Positions 50,359 to 61,067 are shown, counted from the stretch's first letter. The stretch: DNA of 64,000 nucleotides from Gammaproteobacteria bacterium (GCA_045563435.1 JBJLJD010000006.1:12390-76389), one strand, 5' to 3'. Notes: generated by a model from the letters alone, not told the origin. Made by a program: numbers and translations.

Positions 50359-50808
50359 ATGGAAGCAATAAAACCTGAAGATTTACATAAAGAAATTGGA
50401 AAAGTACAAAGTACATCTTGGTTTAAAGTTGATCAAGGTATGATAAATACGTTTGCAGATGTAACAGACGATCCACAATTTATTCATGTAGATCCTGAGA
50501 GAGCTAAACCATTATTTGGAAGCACAATAGCTCATGGAGCTCTTATGCTTTCACTATCTGTGGGAAAAGGTTATGAAACAGCCATTCCTATTGAAGGTAC
50601 AAAAATGGCTATGAACTATGGATACGACAAAATTAGATTTGTCAGTCCAGTTCCGGTCGACTCAAATTGTAGATATAACAGTGAACTAATCGAGGTAACT
50701 GAAAAAGAAGGTGGTCGTTGGCTGCTTAAATTTAAAATTGAGCTTGAGGTTGAAGGTGCAGATAAACCAGGTTTTGTTGCCGAAAATCTCGCAATGATAT
50801 TTGTATAA
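50359..50808 (+). CDS. MaoC-like (R)-specific enoyl-CoA hydratase / hotdog-fold dehydratase
   Basis: DDPQFIHVDPERAK...FGSTIAHG is the hydratase-2 motif. 149 aa. Confidence 0.8.
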   Translation: MEAIKPEDLHKEIGKVQSTSWFKVDQGMINTFADVTDDPQFIHVDPERAKPLFGSTIAHGALMLSLSVGKGYETAIPIEGTKMAMNYGYDKIRFVSPVPVDSNCRYNSELIEVTEKEGGRWLLKFKIELEVEGADKPGFVAENLAMIFV

Positions 50809-51922
50809 ATACTCAATAAAATTAGTTCTTATAATTTTTGTAATCACTGGATGTTCTAGTGATTACAAGAATATCAATGAGTGTAAGAGCCTAGGCACTC
50901 TCGAATTAATTTGCAACCTACAAAATCCTGAAGATTTTGCCAAAATTCCAGAAGAGGATTCTATTGTAGTATCACAATTTGCCGGTCTACCTGAATTAAA
51001 TGAAGGAAGGGTTTTAGTTGGCAAACTTTCGAAGCTAGATCTGAAAACTAATGAGATAGAAGATTTTGATGTAGAGTTTTTAGAAAAAAATAGTCTAGGC
51101 ATTGGTGATAAAAATTGCCAACCATATAAGGAATTTTATCCACATGGCATAGATATTTATGAGGGCATAAAACTTACTGGAGAGAACTTAAGTCCTTTTT
51201 TAGAGGAGGCTTCATTACTTGCAGTAGTGAATCATCAAAAAGTTAGCAGTATAGAATTTTTTCTAATTTTTCCTGATTATGTAACCTTCTCAGACAAAAC
51301 AAACCCAACATTAATTTGGGTTGGGTGTACAAAGGCACCAAGAGAAAATACATATTTTAATGATGTTGTTGTTTTCGATAACGAAGGTTCTTTTTTTGCC
51401 ACTCACCAATATGATAAAGACCTAGGTTTTTACTACCTCTTCTTTTTAAATATTTTTAGATTTAATACTGGCCATGTGTATGAGTGGAATTCTAAAGATG
51501 GGTACTCTATCGTGCCAAATTCAGCTGGTACATGGCCAAATGGCATTGAAATGATTAATGATAATTTATATGTAAATTATCGTACGAATGGCATGATTTC
51601 AAAGTTTAGTAATGGCATTCGAAACGACTTAGTTTTACGAACATTCTTAAATGGTGGTCCAGATAATGTTATCGCTGTAGGGGATGAGCTTTGGATTGGC
51701 GGACAAAATACTGATCTTGGCCAGCTGGCATGTATTGAAGAGACGGTTTTGCAATGTCCAACACCTTTTTTTGTAATTCACACTGATCAAGATTTAAACG
51801 TCATAGAAGAATACAATTTTGAAGATGTTGCCTTCGGTGGAGCCTCAGTTGCTTATCCATTTGAAGATAAGGTTTTTGTTGGAGCTTACAAATCTGACAG
51901 GATTGGAATTTTTAAAAGATAA
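50801..51922 (+). CDS. paraoxonase/arylesterase (PON)-like six-bladed beta-propeller lipoprotein
   Basis: Lipobox VITGC|S. The segments HGI, LLAVVNH, NDVVVFDNEGSFFATHQYD, WPNGIE, GPDNVIAVGDELWIGGQ and GASVAYPFEDKVFVGAY parallel the conserved blocks of mammalian PON1 as I remember them. Confidence 0.5.
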   Translation: MYKYSIKLVLIIFVITGCSSDYKNINECKSLGTLELICNLQNPEDFAKIPEEDSIVVSQFAGLPELNEGRVLVGKLSKLDLKTNEIEDFDVEFLEKNSLGIGDKNCQPYKEFYPHGIDIYEGIKLTGENLSPFLEEASLLAVVNHQKVSSIEFFLIFPDYVTFSDKTNPTLIWVGCTKAPRENTYFNDVVVFDNEGSFFATHQYDKDLGFYYLFFLNIFRFNTGHVYEWNSKDGYSIVPNSAGTWPNGIEMINDNLYVNYRTNGMISKFSNGIRNDLVLRTFLNGGPDNVIAVGDELWIGGQNTDLGQLACIEETVLQCPTPFFVIHTDQDLNVIEEYNFEDVAFGGASVAYPFEDKVFVGAYKSDRIGIFKR

Positions 51923-51951
51923 TATTAAAATATTAATTCGGAGAGGAGAAA

Positions 51952-52278
51952 ATGCAATCAAACATACTAAAAATTATTTATTGGGTAGACAGCTGTTGGA
52001 AGTTGGTTATGGACCACAGGTATAATCCTTTGAGACATATACCAGATCCGTCTATTCAAGCCTATTTCACTTTAGTTCTGTTTACCATGTGGAGTTTCTT
52101 CTTTGGCCTAATTGCTACTTATTATTTAGGATGGTATGGATATAATGGTTTTGTTTCTTTTATTGTTCACGCCAGCTTACTAATTCCCTTACTCTTTACT
52201 AGAGCGGCATTTATGGACGCAGAACGTGATGGTGCTAAATGGTTGTTGCGATTAAAAAAAGAAGATAAAAAGAATTAA
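51952..52278 (+). CDS. hypothetical small membrane protein (108 aa, 2 TM)
   Basis: A strong Shine-Dalgarno GGAGAGGAG lies 3 nt upstream of the ATG. Two hydrophobic helices are present. No family recognised. Confidence 0.5.
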   Translation: MQSNILKIIYWVDSCWKLVMDHRYNPLRHIPDPSIQAYFTLVLFTMWSFFFGLIATYYLGWYGYNGFVSFIVHASLLIPLLFTRAAFMDAERDGAKWLLRLKKEDKKN

Positions 52279-52279
52279 T

Positions 52280-53719
52280 CTATTTTTTTAATTTCTCTTT
52301 TAAAAGTTCATTTACTAAATTTGGATTTGCTTTCCCTTGAGTAGCCTTCATCACTTGACCAACAAAGAAGCCAAATAGTTTATCTTTACCAGATTGATAA
52401 GCCTCTACTTGGCTTGTATTCTCTACAAGAATTTTATCAATGATTTTTTCTAACTCACCTTCGTCTGAGATTTGTTGCATGCCTTGGCCTTCTATAATTT
52501 TGGTTACATCTTCTCCAGATTGCCAAACTTCATCTAAAACATCTTTCGCAATTTTTCCTGAGATGGTGTTATCAGAGATGTTTTGAATAAGTTTAGAGAA
52601 ATTTGCTGCATCAACTTTACTTTCTTTAAGGCTTATATCATTTTTATTCAAAAGCGCATTGAGATCGCCTATTATCCATTTTGCTGCAAGCTCAGCATCG
52701 GCCTCTTTTGCAACTTCTTCAAAGAAATCAGCAGTTGATTTATCAGCACACAATACGCCAGCATCATATTCATTAAGGCTATGTATTTCCATGAGTCTTT
52801 TTTGCTTCTCTTCCGGCAGTTCACTTAAATTATCTTTGACCTCTTTGACTAAATCTTCTGATATTTTATGAGGCACTAAGTCAGGACAAGGAAAGTAGCG
52901 ATAGTCATTGGCAAATTCTTTTGTTCTCATCGATCTTGTTTCATCTTTTACAGAATCATAAAGTCTTGTCTCTTGCTCAACCCTTTCTCCTGATTCCAAA
53001 ACTTTAATTTGCCTTTTAATTTCAAAATTTATGGCTTTCTCCACAAATCTGAATGAATTGATGTTTTTTATTTCTGCTCTGATGCCAAATTCTTTATCGT
53101 CTGGTCGCATGATAGAAACATTCGCATCACAACGCATAGAGCCCTGTGACATATCTCCATCAGAAATATCTAAATAAGTGATTATTTGATGAACTTTTTT
53201 TAAGTACTTTACAGCCTCTTCTGCTGAGCGAATATCTGGTTCAGATACAATCTCAAGAAGTGGTACTCCTGATCTATTTAAATCTACAACTGACTCACTA
53301 TCATACACATCATGCATTGATTTCCCTGCATCTTCTTCTAGGTGCGCTTGATGAATCCTAACTTGTTTACCTTCAACATCAACGACACCATTTTTTACAA
53401 TTGGATAATGCAGTTGTGTTATTTGATAGCCTTTTGGTAAATCTGGATAGAAATAATTTTTTCTATCAAAGACCATTGTTTTAGCAATTTCTGCATTTGT
53501 TGCTAAACCAAAAGCTATTCCCTGTTTAACAGCACCATCATTAAGTACAGGTAAAACTCCTGGTAGTCCCAAATCAATGAGATCTACAAGAGTATTTGCC
53601 TCTTCACCAAATTGGTTTTTAGCAGGAGAAAAAAGCTTTGTATTGGTTTGTAACTGGACATGAATTTCAAGACCAATTACAGGTTGCCAGCCGTTAACTA
53701 GGGTGTCATTTTGTGCCAA
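52280..53719 (-). CDS. gatB: Asp/Glu-tRNA amidotransferase subunit B
   Basis: VIGLEIHVQL, YFYPDLPKGYQITQ and the C-terminal YqeY-like tail are present. Confidence 0.96.
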   Translation of the reverse strand: MAQNDTLVNGWQPVIGLEIHVQLQTNTKLFSPAKNQFGEEANTLVDLIDLGLPGVLPVLNDGAVKQGIAFGLATNAEIAKTMVFDRKNYFYPDLPKGYQITQLHYPIVKNGVVDVEGKQVRIHQAHLEEDAGKSMHDVYDSESVVDLNRSGVPLLEIVSEPDIRSAEEAVKYLKKVHQIITYLDISDGDMSQGSMRCDANVSIMRPDDKEFGIRAEIKNINSFRFVEKAINFEIKRQIKVLESGERVEQETRLYDSVKDETRSMRTKEFANDYRYFPCPDLVPHKISEDLVKEVKDNLSELPEEKQKRLMEIHSLNEYDAGVLCADKSTADFFEEVAKEADAELAAKWIIGDLNALLNKNDISLKESKVDAANFSKLIQNISDNTISGKIAKDVLDEVWQSGEDVTKIIEGQGMQQISDEGELEKIIDKILVENTSQVEAYQSGKDKLFGFFVGQVMKATQGKANPNLVNELLKEKLKK

Positions 53720-55125
53720 TCTGTCACCTCCTGCATTTTATGTGCGGTATTTAGTAATAATTCCTCTGAGAAATAATTTCCAACGAATTGTGCGCCTATC
53801 GGAAGGTTCTTTGAAAAACCATTTGGCAATGACATAGCTGGTAGCCCTGCAAGATTTGCTGGAATGGTTAATAAATCTTCTTTATACATTCTGTTGGGAT
53901 CTGAACTTTCTCTATTCATTTCAAATGCTTGATCTAAAGTTGTAGGTAAGAAAACTAAATCAACATTCTTAAAAAATTCATCAAATTTGGATTTAATCAT
54001 TCTTCTTACTTTTTGCGCTTTTCTATAATACGCATCATAAAAACCAGCAGATAAGACATAAGACCCAATTAAAATTCTCTTTTGCACTTCATCTCCAAAG
54101 CCCTCAGCTCTGGTTTTTAGATACAGTTCGCTTATATTTTTTGCCTCTGACCTATGGCCATATTTAACACCATCAAATCTTGACAAATTTGAAGAGCATT
54201 CAGCTGGAGCAATAACATAATATGAGCAAATACCACTTGATAGTTCTGTAAAATCTAATTCAACAAAACTATGTCCTAATTGTTCAAGTATTTTTTTAGA
54301 GCTTTCATAAGCGTTTAATACTTCTTCTGATATTCCAAGATTTTCAATACCCTTCAAGACACCAATCTTTAATTTGCCGAAATCTTTCTTTAATCCTTTT
54401 TCATAATCAATGGATTCTCTTTTTGAGCAGGTAGAGTCTTTGTTATCATAAGACGCCATTGCATTCAGTAATGCTGAACAGGCAAAAGCATCTCTAGCTA
54501 GAGGACCAGCTTGATCCATGCTGGAGCAAAAGGCAATCATCCCCCATCTAGAAACAAGGCCATAAGTTGGTTTAAGTCCAGTAATTCCACAAAGAGCAGC
54601 AGGTTGTCTTATAGAGCCACCAGTATCCGTACCAGTAGAAATTGTTGTAATGTTAGCAGCAACACAGGCAGCAGAACCACCTGAGCTCCCTCCAGGCACT
54701 AATGAATGACCCCACGGATTCTTCACAGGGCCAAAAAAGCTAGTTTCATTTGATGAACCCATAGCAAATTCGTCCATATTTGTCTTACCAATCATAATTG
54801 AACCAGCATCATTACAATTTTGTGTAACTGTGGACTCATATGGTGGTATAAAATTTTCTAACATTTTCGATGCACACGTAGTTTTTTTCCCATTTGTACA
54901 AAAAATATCTTTATGGGCAATAGGAATGCCACCGAGAGGTTTGTCTTTAAACTCATTAAAATTCGCGTCAATATTTGATGCGCGCTCTAATGCATATTCT
55001 TCAAAGTGACTTATAAACGCATTAAGATCTTTCTTTTCTTTTGCTTTTTTTAGACTCTCTTCAGTGAGTTCTTTGGCAGAAACTTTTTTTTGTCGAAAGT
55101 TATTTCTTGTTTCTTGGAAATTCAT
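53698..55125 (-). CDS. gatA: Asp/Glu-tRNA amidotransferase subunit A
   Basis: The amidase signature GGSSGGSAACVA...TGTDTGGSIRQPAA is present. Confidence 0.96.
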   Translation of the reverse strand: MNFQETRNNFRQKKVSAKELTEESLKKAKEKKDLNAFISHFEEYALERASNIDANFNEFKDKPLGGIPIAHKDIFCTNGKKTTCASKMLENFIPPYESTVTQNCNDAGSIMIGKTNMDEFAMGSSNETSFFGPVKNPWGHSLVPGGSSGGSAACVAANITTISTGTDTGGSIRQPAALCGITGLKPTYGLVSRWGMIAFCSSMDQAGPLARDAFACSALLNAMASYDNKDSTCSKRESIDYEKGLKKDFGKLKIGVLKGIENLGISEEVLNAYESSKKILEQLGHSFVELDFTELSSGICSYYVIAPAECSSNLSRFDGVKYGHRSEAKNISELYLKTRAEGFGDEVQKRILIGSYVLSAGFYDAYYRKAQKVRRMIKSKFDEFFKNVDLVFLPTTLDQAFEMNRESSDPNRMYKEDLLTIPANLAGLPAMSLPNGFSKNLPIGAQFVGNYFSEELLLNTAHKMQEVTDWHKMTP

Positions 55126-55406
55126 TCAACTATTTTTGGTACAACGAAGTAATCTTCGTCAGATTTAGGCGACTTTTTTAAAAATTCTTCCTTTTTATTT
55201 CTATTTGTTTCTTCATCTTTACGGCTTACATTACTTAGCTCAAGGGGATTATTCAGTGGCTCAAACTTATCGAGGTCAAGATCATTCATTTGATCGATCA
55301 ATTCGAAAGTGTTTTGCAATTTTTCTATTGTTTTATCTTGATCCTCCTCATTTACTTGGAGTCGCGACAAAAATAATAGATTTTTTAACTCGATTTTATT
55401 CATCAA
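55122..55406 (-). CDS. gatC: Asp/Glu-tRNA amidotransferase subunit C
   Basis: A 94-aa protein immediately upstream of gatA with a 4-nt overlap. The L.RL.....E pattern is present. Confidence 0.88.
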   Translation of the reverse strand: MMNKIELKNLLFLSRLQVNEEDQDKTIEKLQNTFELIDQMNDLDLDKFEPLNNPLELSNVSRKDEETNRNKKEEFLKKSPKSDEDYFVVPKIVE

Positions 55407-55452
55407 AAGCCTTATTCTATAAAGTTCTCAATATTATAGAGATATATTTGAA

Positions 55453-56493
55453 ATGTTAAAATTTTTAAAGGGTTTATTTTCTAATGATATATCAATTGAT
55501 TTAGGAACAGCCAATACATTAATTTACACAAAAGAAAACGGAATCGTCTTAGATGAGCCCTCTGTAGTAGCAATTAAGGAGACTAATGGACAGAAATCTG
55601 TTATTGCTGTAGGACATGATGCAAAAAAAATGCTTGGTAGAACTCCGGGTCAAATGGAAGCTATCAGACCATTAAGAGATGGAGTCATAGCTGACTTCAA
55701 TGTAACAGAAAAAATGCTCCAGCATTTTATCAAGAAAGTTTCAAATAACAGTATCTTGTCTCCAAGTCCAAGAGTTCTAGTTTGCGTTCCATCTAAAGCA
55801 ACTCAAGTTGAGAAAAGAGCTATCAGAGAATCAGCTTTATCTGCTGGTGCAAGTGTTGTGAAGTTGATTGAGGAGCCTATTGCAGCGGCATTAGGTGCAG
55901 GAGTAAACATTGATAAACCAAGAGGAAGTATGGTTATTGATATTGGTGGTGGAACTTCTGAAGTTGCTATTCTTTCTTTAAATGGAATTGTTTATTCAGA
56001 ATCTCTGAAAGTAGGTGGAGATAAGTTTGATGAGGCAATACAGGCTTATGTTAGAAGAAAATTTGGTGTGGTAATTGGAGAAACAACTGCTGAATTAATA
56101 AAACTTCAAGTTGGTTGTGCAACATTGAGCTGCAAAAAAGAATTTGAAGCTTATGAGTTTAGAGGAAGAAATTTAGCTGAAGGCATACCTGAATTAGTAA
56201 TTTTTGAAAAAGAAGATGGTTTTAAAGCTCTCGAAAATCAAACATCAGCAATAGTAAGATCTGTCAGAACTGCACTTGAATTAGCTCCTCCAGAGCTTGC
56301 AGCAGATATATCACAAGATGGAATTGTTTTAACTGGAGGTGGAGCGCTGTTGCATTGCCTTGATACTCTGATTGAGCAAAGCACTGGAATACCTACAACA
56401 GTTGCAGAAGATCCTTTAACCTGTGTTGCTAGAGGTGGTGGAATTGCCTTAGGCTTAATGGACAAAGATTTTGATCTTTTTGCTGATGAGTAA
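55453..56493 (+). CDS. mreB: rod shape-determining protein MreB
   Basis: [20 protein letters not shown] and [10 protein letters not shown] actin-fold motifs are present. Confidence 0.97.
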   Translation: MLKFLKGLFSNDISIDLGTANTLIYTKENGIVLDEPSVVAIKETNGQKSVIAVGHDAKKMLGRTPGQMEAIRPLRDGVIADFNVTEKMLQHFIKKVSNNSILSPSPRVLVCVPSKATQVEKRAIRESALSAGASVVKLIEEPIAAALGAGVNIDKPRGSMVIDIGGGTSEVAILSLNGIVYSESLKVGGDKFDEAIQAYVRRKFGVVIGETTAELIKLQVGCATLSCKKEFEAYEFRGRNLAEGIPELVIFEKEDGFKALENQTSAIVRSVRTALELAPPELAADISQDGIVLTGGGALLHCLDTLIEQSTGIPTTVAEDPLTCVARGGGIALGLMDKDFDLFADE

Positions 56494-57290
56494 TGCCAAG
56501 AGAAATATTAACATTTAGAAAAAAAATAATTCTCACCCTCTCTTATATTCTTTTAATAGTCACTCTAGTTTTAAGTTCGTACTACTTTAATCTAAACGAA
56601 ACTTCACAAAGGTATTTAGCGAAGGCATTAAAGATACCTGAAAATTTTATTGAGAGCATTTCACAGGAATTTAAAGAATATGAAAGTTTAAAAATTGTTG
56701 AGCTCGAAAATGAGATCATTAAATTAAAAAATGATGTTTATGAAGCAGAGCTTAAGGTTAGATCTTTGGAAAATTCAAAATCTTATAATACCAATATAAC
56801 TTCATCTAAAAGTTCAAAAAAATCTTATGTCTCAGCATTTGATCAAGTTAATTATAGTTGTTGTAAAAAACATTTGATTTACCTTCAGGCTGAAAATGCG
56901 GTTGATAATGAGGTTTTTTCAGTATCTCAAGGAGATTTCATTATCGGCAAAACAAACGGATTAATAGCTAATGAATTTAAAGTACGACTGTTGAGTGATC
57001 CTGAAGAATTTATTTCTTTAAAGAATTCAAAAAATTTTTATTGTATTGCTCAAGGAAACGGTCTGCCACAACAAACAGTTTGTTTCAATGAATCAAAAGT
57101 ATCCACTTATCAAATAGGAGACACATTTTTTTCAACAGGGTTTGACGGAATTTACCCGAAAAATTTAATCGCTGGAAAGCTAATAAAAATTGAGAGAGTT
57201 GAAGGAAATATGTTCAAAGAAAAGCTGACCATTGAGCTTTTCTTTAATCCTTACCAATCTATAGACAAAGGAGTCACTCTATATGACTGA
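56493..57290 (+). CDS. mreC: rod shape-determining protein MreC
   Basis: N-terminal TM, coiled-coil (ENEIIKLKNDV), C-terminal beta domains with GFDGIYPK, and its position after mreB. Confidence 0.85.
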   Translation: MPREILTFRKKIILTLSYILLIVTLVLSSYYFNLNETSQRYLAKALKIPENFIESISQEFKEYESLKIVELENEIIKLKNDVYEAELKVRSLENSKSYNTNITSSKSSKKSYVSAFDQVNYSCCKKHLIYLQAENAVDNEVFSVSQGDFIIGKTNGLIANEFKVRLLSDPEEFISLKNSKNFYCIAQGNGLPQQTVCFNESKVSTYQIGDTFFSTGFDGIYPKNLIAGKLIKIERVEGNMFKEKLTIELFFNPYQSIDKGVTLYD

Positions 57291-57741
57291 TATCTTTAGA
57301 ATTTTTCGACTTTCGCTGCTCATAGTTATAAATTATTTACTGATTAGCTTTAATTTTTGGAAATGGGCACCGGATCTTTTTTTAATTCAATCATTATTGG
57401 CAATTGTAATTCTTAAAGAGCCCCCTGGAATTTATTATTTTGTTCTTAAGGGCTTTTTAATTGATCTTTTCTTCAGCGATCTTTCAATTCCGTATACATT
57501 AACCTTTTTTATTATTGGATTATTTTTAAAATTCTCAAAGATAAACTGGATTCAGAAATCTTTAGTTGAGCAAATAACGCTAGTTTTGTTGATAAGTTAT
57601 CTTCTAAACTTATTCTTAAGTACTATTAATACTTATTCAATTGAAAACGAGATAAGATTTTTGGTGAATCCAGTCATTAATGCATTTGTTTGGGTATTAA
57701 TTTTCTTCAACCAAAGAAAAAAATGGTTAAAAAACATTTAA
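57283..57741 (+). CDS. mreD: rod shape-determining protein MreD
   Basis: A 152-aa polytopic membrane protein immediately after mreC. Confidence 0.78.
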   Translation: MTDIFRIFRLSLLIVINYLLISFNFWKWAPDLFLIQSLLAIVILKEPPGIYYFVLKGFLIDLFFSDLSIPYTLTFFIIGLFLKFSKINWIQKSLVEQITLVLLISYLLNLFLSTINTYSIENEIRFLVNPVINAFVWVLIFFNQRKKWLKNI

Positions 57742-59735
57742 TTGGAATTTTAAGGATTTTCCTTTATTTACTTGCGATATTCCTGTTAGGCTTTCATCTT
57801 TTTGGCACAATATTAAATTTTTCAAATATCAACTCATTTTTTATAAATAAAATTTTTGCAGGTAAGCTTTCTTATGAGGACATTTCTTTTAGACAAAGTT
57901 TAAAAGGAATTGATATAAATCTCGAAAATTTTAATTATGATGGATATATAAAGGTAGAGGGACAAAATCTACTTTTAAAACTTAACTTTCTTAACTCAAT
58001 ATTATCTAGAGAAGTTTACATTGATTTTTTATACTTCGATGAAGCCTCAATAAAAGTTAACCCCTCTAATCAGAGAAGAAATGCCATTGATTTTTTTGTA
58101 AAAAAGGGAAGTATAAAAAGAACATCATTGGGAAAAGCTAATATTGAAAGTCTAAATATTGCTGATCTAAGAACAGAGGGCAGAAGGTTTGGTTTCACAT
58201 TTAAGGAGTCGAGCATTTCTTTTAATAATAATGCTCTTAAAAATATTTCCGGCTTTAGTGGAATTGCTTCTTATGAAAACCAAAAATTAAAACTTTTAAT
58301 AGATTCCGATATAACTCTATTCAACTTAGATATTTATCAAGAAGAGAGGGTTCTAAGCGATTTGAAAGGACTGATTTCATTAGATTTTAATGATAAATTT
58401 AAAATACTTCCCTCTTTCCTTAATGCTGAAACTGCTAATTCTCAACAATTTTTTAATATAGATTTTGACGAAGTTTTAAAATTGAATGTACTTACTCTTG
58501 GAAGTAGTAGAGATATATATTATTGGGCACCATCAAATCTAGCTGAAAATGTTTTCTTCAGGCAAAGCAACATAATCTCAGGCGATGTTAAATCTATTTT
58601 TTCCTTCACTTCATTGAATGCTAATAGGTCCTTGAGTGGAAAAATTTTGGTTTCAAATCCTAATTTTTCATTTCTTCCAAGTAGTTTTGACATTAATAAT
58701 CTGGAAATAAATTTAGATAATTTTAAGGTTGACGCTGTTGCTAATGGCTCTTTTCCTTTTGCTGAAAGTGAAAACCTTTATTTAGACTACTCATTTGGGG
58801 AAGAAGTTTTTAAAGTAAGTTTTCTAGATGATTTTAAAGATCCTTTCTCAATATCATTCGATAACAAAGGCTCAGTGAGTGCAATCTATGGTTCTATAAA
58901 ACCAAAAATAAGTAATGATTACCATATTAATTTTTTTGATAATCAGGTTTTTGTCGACTCTAATCTTCTACAACTAAAGTTTTTATTTTCCAAGAACTTG
59001 AATATCTTTGCTGATAATTATCTGTTTGAAATAAGTCAAATTGATTCAAATTTATTCACATTTGAACAGGACTATCCGTCAAGATTTATTTTCGATTTAT
59101 CAAATCTTTCTGTTAAAAATCTAAATACTAAGTTTTATGTTAACAATTCGAACTATGTAAAGGAGAATTTTCCAAATCTAAGTTTTGAAAAATTTTCTAT
59201 TGAAACAAACAATATCTCTGCAAAAATTTCTTTAAACAGTATTGAATTTTTTGGAAATTTTTTAGTTAATGGAGAAGATATCAAATACTCTGATGCCTCT
59301 TTTGATTTTAACGCTTTGAGGGTGCTTTCATTGATTGATTTGAGAACAAGTTTTTCAAGCTTTTTAAACCTAAATTTTGATAAATATGAAAGAGATTCAT
59401 TTTATATTGATCAGCTTGGTGGAGAAATGTTAATTGAGGGAAATAATCTTATAAATATAAGTAATTTAGAGTTAGATTTTGGTCCAGCTAAGGCTGATAT
59501 TTATGGGACTATAGCAACTAATTCCCTTTTGTATGATACATATGATTTAAATTTAGATTTCACTACTAAAATTTCTCAGGCTCTTCCTTGGTATGTAGCA
59601 ATATTTGGTGGTATACCAGCCGCTGCTGGAGCAGCAATAGTTACCGGGATTTTAGATGATAACATCAATGAAATAACTAAAACTAGTTATAAAATCAAAG
59701 GCAACAATAATAATTTAGAAGTTTTAAATAACTAG
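57723..59735 (+). CDS. YhdP/AsmA-like family protein, about half normal length
   Basis: An N-terminal TM anchor is followed by a long beta-rich Asn/Ser/Phe repeat-like body. The C-terminal segment ALPWYVAIFGGIPAAAGAAIVTGILDDNINEITKTSYKIKG parallels the E. coli YhdP C-terminus. It lies downstream of mreBCD as yhdP does in E. coli. The start is set at ATG 57723. Confidence 0.55.
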   Translation: MVKKHLIGILRIFLYLLAIFLLGFHLFGTILNFSNINSFFINKIFAGKLSYEDISFRQSLKGIDINLENFNYDGYIKVEGQNLLLKLNFLNSILSREVYIDFLYFDEASIKVNPSNQRRNAIDFFVKKGSIKRTSLGKANIESLNIADLRTEGRRFGFTFKESSISFNNNALKNISGFSGIASYENQKLKLLIDSDITLFNLDIYQEERVLSDLKGLISLDFNDKFKILPSFLNAETANSQQFFNIDFDEVLKLNVLTLGSSRDIYYWAPSNLAENVFFRQSNIISGDVKSIFSFTSLNANRSLSGKILVSNPNFSFLPSSFDINNLEINLDNFKVDAVANGSFPFAESENLYLDYSFGEEVFKVSFLDDFKDPFSISFDNKGSVSAIYGSIKPKISNDYHINFFDNQVFVDSNLLQLKFLFSKNLNIFADNYLFEISQIDSNLFTFEQDYPSRFIFDLSNLSVKNLNTKFYVNNSNYVKENFPNLSFEKFSIETNNISAKISLNSIEFFGNFLVNGEDIKYSDASFDFNALRVLSLIDLRTSFSSFLNLNFDKYERDSFYIDQLGGEMLIEGNNLINISNLELDFGPAKADIYGTIATNSLLYDTYDLNLDFTTKISQALPWYVAIFGGIPAAAGAAIVTGILDDNINEITKTSYKIKGNNNNLEVLNN

Positions 59736-61067
59736 AAAACTAACTATTCCAAGAAAGGTAACAAATCCAATTAAATCTGTGATTGTAGTGATAATCACAC
59801 CTCCAGAAATTGCGGGGTCATATCCAATCTTTCTTAAGATATAGGGCAGAAGAAAGCCACCTACAGCAGCCATAATTAAATTTAAAATCATTGCAATTGA
59901 TATCGCTATCGCAAGATTGTAATCAGAGAACCAAAAGTAGGTAATTCCAAAAATAAAAATTGAAAAAAAGGTTGCATTTACTACTGCAACGATAAATTCT
60001 CTTCTAAATAAATATCTAAAATTTTTCTTGTTTAATTTCCTCATGGCTTCTGCTCTTATATAGATGCCAAGAGTTTGTGTTGCTGCTATTCCTCCCATAC
60101 TTGCAACAATTGGCATTAGAACAGCAGCATAGACAACTTTTTCGAAGACATCTGCAAACAGACTAATTGAAGCTGCAGCTATAATTGCAGTTAAGAGATT
60201 GATAGAAAGCCAAAAAATTCTATTTTTTATTGATTTTTTGGGAGATGAAAAAACATCTTCTTCGATCTGTGCAAGTGCTCTAAAATCCTCTTGAACCTCA
60301 TCTGCACCAATTTCAATAATATCATCTACAGTAATTCGACCAACAAGCTGATTTTTATTATTAACTACAGGTGCTGAAAATAAATCTTTTGACTTAAATA
60401 AATCATAAACATCAACTTGATCTAGTTCAGAACTTATTGGTTGAAATTCTGTATCCATAACCTCTCTTACAGTCATATTCTGATCGGATGTTAAGATTTT
60501 TGTTATGGGGAGAATGCCCAAATATTCATCGTTTTTTGTTACAACATAAATATCATCAGTATTTTGGGGTAAATTTTTCAAGAACCTTAGATACCTTGAG
60601 ACAAGCTCAATGGTATTTTCAGCCCTTACTGTTATGACATCAGTATTCATTAATCCACCTGCTGATTCTTCAGAAAAATCAATTACATTTTCAATTCTTC
60701 CTCTATCTCTTGAATTCATTAAGGCAATAACGTCATTAGTAATTTTTTCTGGAAGTGCTTGCAAAATATCGACTAAATCATCAACCTCTAAATCACTTAT
60801 TGCTAATGAAATTTCTTCAGGTTCCATTTCTTCAAGCAATTCATCCCTGAGCTGCTCATCAAGCTCACCAAGAACTTCACCTTCATATTCAAGCTCAATT
60901 GAGTCCCATATTATTTTTCTTTCTTGAGGAGGTGAATTCTGAATTAAAGATGCAAGATCATTCGCTGACATTTCTTTTAAAATATTGCTAAGTTTTGATT
61001 TAAATTCAGGGTTTGCTATGGTTTCTTGAATCAATTCATATTTAGAAGACGAAATTTTTTCTGTCAT
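59724..61067 (-). CDS. mgtE: magnesium transporter MgtE
   Basis: N-domain, tandem CBS domains and a C-terminal 5-TM domain (PIVASMGGIAATQTL, TDLIGF) are present. Confidence 0.92.
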   Translation of the reverse strand: MTEKISSSKYELIQETIANPEFKSKLSNILKEMSANDLASLIQNSPPQERKIIWDSIELEYEGEVLGELDEQLRDELLEEMEPEEISLAISDLEVDDLVDILQALPEKITNDVIALMNSRDRGRIENVIDFSEESAGGLMNTDVITVRAENTIELVSRYLRFLKNLPQNTDDIYVVTKNDEYLGILPITKILTSDQNMTVREVMDTEFQPISSELDQVDVYDLFKSKDLFSAPVVNNKNQLVGRITVDDIIEIGADEVQEDFRALAQIEEDVFSSPKKSIKNRIFWLSINLLTAIIAAASISLFADVFEKVVYAAVLMPIVASMGGIAATQTLGIYIRAEAMRKLNKKNFRYLFRREFIVAVVNATFFSIFIFGITYFWFSDYNLAIAISIAMILNLIMAAVGGFLLPYILRKIGYDPAISGGVIITTITDLIGFVTFLGIVSFLVI

